DNA of 16,410 nucleotides from a virus (Duplodnaviria; Heunggongvirae; Uroviricota; Caudoviricetes): IMG/VR virus record IMGVR_UViG_2778261139_000010; one strand, 5' to 3'. Shown piece by piece: positions 14,950 to 16,410 of this stretch (position 1 is its first letter; each line of letters starts with the position of its first letter). The notes under the pieces were generated by a model. It saw only the letters and a program-made list of their open reading frames with translations, ran no database searches and was not told where the DNA came from. The position numbers and the translations under genes were made by a program.

Positions 14950-16410
14950 TTATTCATCTTTCGGCGCAGAATGCTGGCGACCAAAAATCACCTCCATCCG
15001 CGCACCGCCCAGCATGCTCTCTCCGGCGACGATTTTACCCTCATATTGCTCGGTGATTTCGCGGGCTACCGCCAGCCCTACACCTTGCCCAGGGCGTAAA
15101 GTATCAACCCGTTGACCACGGTCGAAAATGACCTCTCGCTTGCTTAATGGAATACCGGGGCCATCATCCTCGACCACAATATAGAGATGCTCGTCGGTTT
15201 GCCTTGCAGAAATTTCGACAAACTCGAGGCAATATTTACAGGCATTATCCAGCACGTTGCCCATCACCTCGACAAAATCGTTCTGCTCACCGACAAAGCT
15301 GATCTCTGGCGAAATATCGAGAGAGATATTGACCCCTTTGCGTTGATACACTTTGTTCAGCGCTGAGGTGAGATTGTCCAGCAGTGGGGCGACCGGATGC
15401 AGCTCGCGGCTGAGCAATGTCCCGCCGCGCATACTGGCACGATGCAGGTAGTAGCCAATTTGCTGTGAAATGCGGCTGATTTGCTCCAGCATTACCGGCT
15501 CAGCATCACTGACGCTCATCTTTTCACTACGCAGAGAACGCAGCGTACTTTGCAGCACCGCCAGTGGCGTTTTCAGACTATGGGTCAGGTCGGTGAGCGT
15601 CGTACGGTATTTGTCGTAACGTTCGCGTTCACTTTTTAACAATCGGTTCAGGTTTCGTACCAGACTGGTCAGTTCTCGCGTTGTGGCTGGATTGAGCAAT
15701 TCGCGGTTATGTTCTTCCAGTTCGCGGACTTCTTTTGCCAGGGCTTCGATGGGGCGTAAACTCCACCAAGCGGCGACCCACAGCAGCGGGATCACTAACA
15801 GCAGATTGGCTGAGAGCACATAGATAAACCAGCTCCAGACCATATAGGAACTTTTTAGCTCCACCGGAATGGTATCCACCACCACAATGGTTAATTTTGG
15901 CATCCGCGATGTTGCCGGGTAGACGTTTACTGCCACCGAGTGGGTCATCTCCGCGTCGTCATCATCTTCCCGCACTTCCTGCAACTGTTGCTGTATCGAA
16001 TGATCTCCACTCAGCAAGAGGCTGGTATCGTTAACATCCGCTTCAATTTCATGAAAACCATTCGATTTCAGCCAGTCAGGCTGGATCATCTTCATCAGCC
16101 AGGGCACGTCACGTTGCGCCCATAAAAGCTGCCCGTTCTCATCATAAATTAGCGTCATGGTGGGGCTTTGCTTGTCGATATTTTCGGGTAACTCGACATG
16201 CAACTTATTGTTTTCCCACTTCGCAAGGGTATAGAACAGATTGCTCTCGCCACGTAACAGCCGAAACGTAGTTTTATCGAAACTGACGCTATAACCGATC
16301 AGCGCGACCATTCCGTAGGCAAGCGAAAGCACCAGTACTACCGCAGCCGTTGCCAACAGAAAACGTACCCGCAGTGAGAGCGGGAAAAAAAGACGCAGTA
16401 ATTTTTTCAT
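14950..16410 (-). CDS. phoQ: Sensor histidine kinase PhoQ (host chromosomal gene, complete)
   Basis: 486 aa; the translation matches Escherichia coli PhoQ as I recall it ([27 protein letters not shown]... to ...[10 protein letters not shown]), with periplasmic sensor, HAMP and HisKA/HATPase regions. Confidence 0.95.
   Translation of the reverse strand: MKKLLRLFFPLSLRVRFLLATAAVVLVLSLAYGMVALIGYSVSFDKTTFRLLRGESNLFYTLAKWENNKLHVELPENIDKQSPTMTLIYDENGQLLWAQRDVPWLMKMIQPDWLKSNGFHEIEADVNDTSLLLSGDHSIQQQLQEVREDDDDAEMTHSVAVNVYPATSRMPKLTIVVVDTIPVELKSSYMVWSWFIYVLSANLLLVIPLLWVAAWWSLRPIEALAKEVRELEEHNRELLNPATTRELTSLVRNLNRLLKSERERYDKYRTTLTDLTHSLKTPLAVLQSTLRSLRSEKMSVSDAEPVMLEQISRISQQIGYYLHRASMRGGTLLSRELHPVAPLLDNLTSALNKVYQRKGVNISLDISPEISFVGEQNDFVEVMGNVLDNACKYCLEFVEISARQTDEHLYIVVEDDGPGIPLSKREVIFDRGQRVDTLRPGQGVGLAVAREITEQYEGKIVAGESMLGGARMEVIFGRQHSAPKDE

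Noticed and set aside
14933-15115. Plus-strand 60-aa ORF
   Set aside because: It overlaps the 3' end of phoQ on the opposite strand; phoQ is confidently identified.

Overview
Nearly the whole window (1 to about 14.9 kb) is an integrated phage satellite of the capsid-forming PICI type, sitting immediately downstream of the host sensor-kinase gene phoQ (14950..16410, minus strand). Left to right: a P4-type tyrosine integrase, an AlpA regulator, two tandem minus-strand ribbon-helix-helix (RHH) regulator modules with different operator palindromes, a rightward early operon (Icd-like ORF, five small unknown ORFs, RepA-like AAA ATPase) ending in an iteron-type origin, a small ORF, SSB and a PerC/Pch-like regulator. 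A translationally coupled late operon follows: HK97-fold major capsid, prohead protease, portal, head-closure, gp6-like connector, HNH endonuclease, small ORF, P27-type small terminase, large terminase and one trailing ORF. I found no tail, baseplate, tail-fibre, lysis, tRNA or CRISPR features. All protein family calls are from reading the translations by eye, with no database search. The most unusual feature is the duplicated RHH/operator region (2070..3443); the element class and the phased TTGTTC repeat arrays at three sites are the next most interesting.
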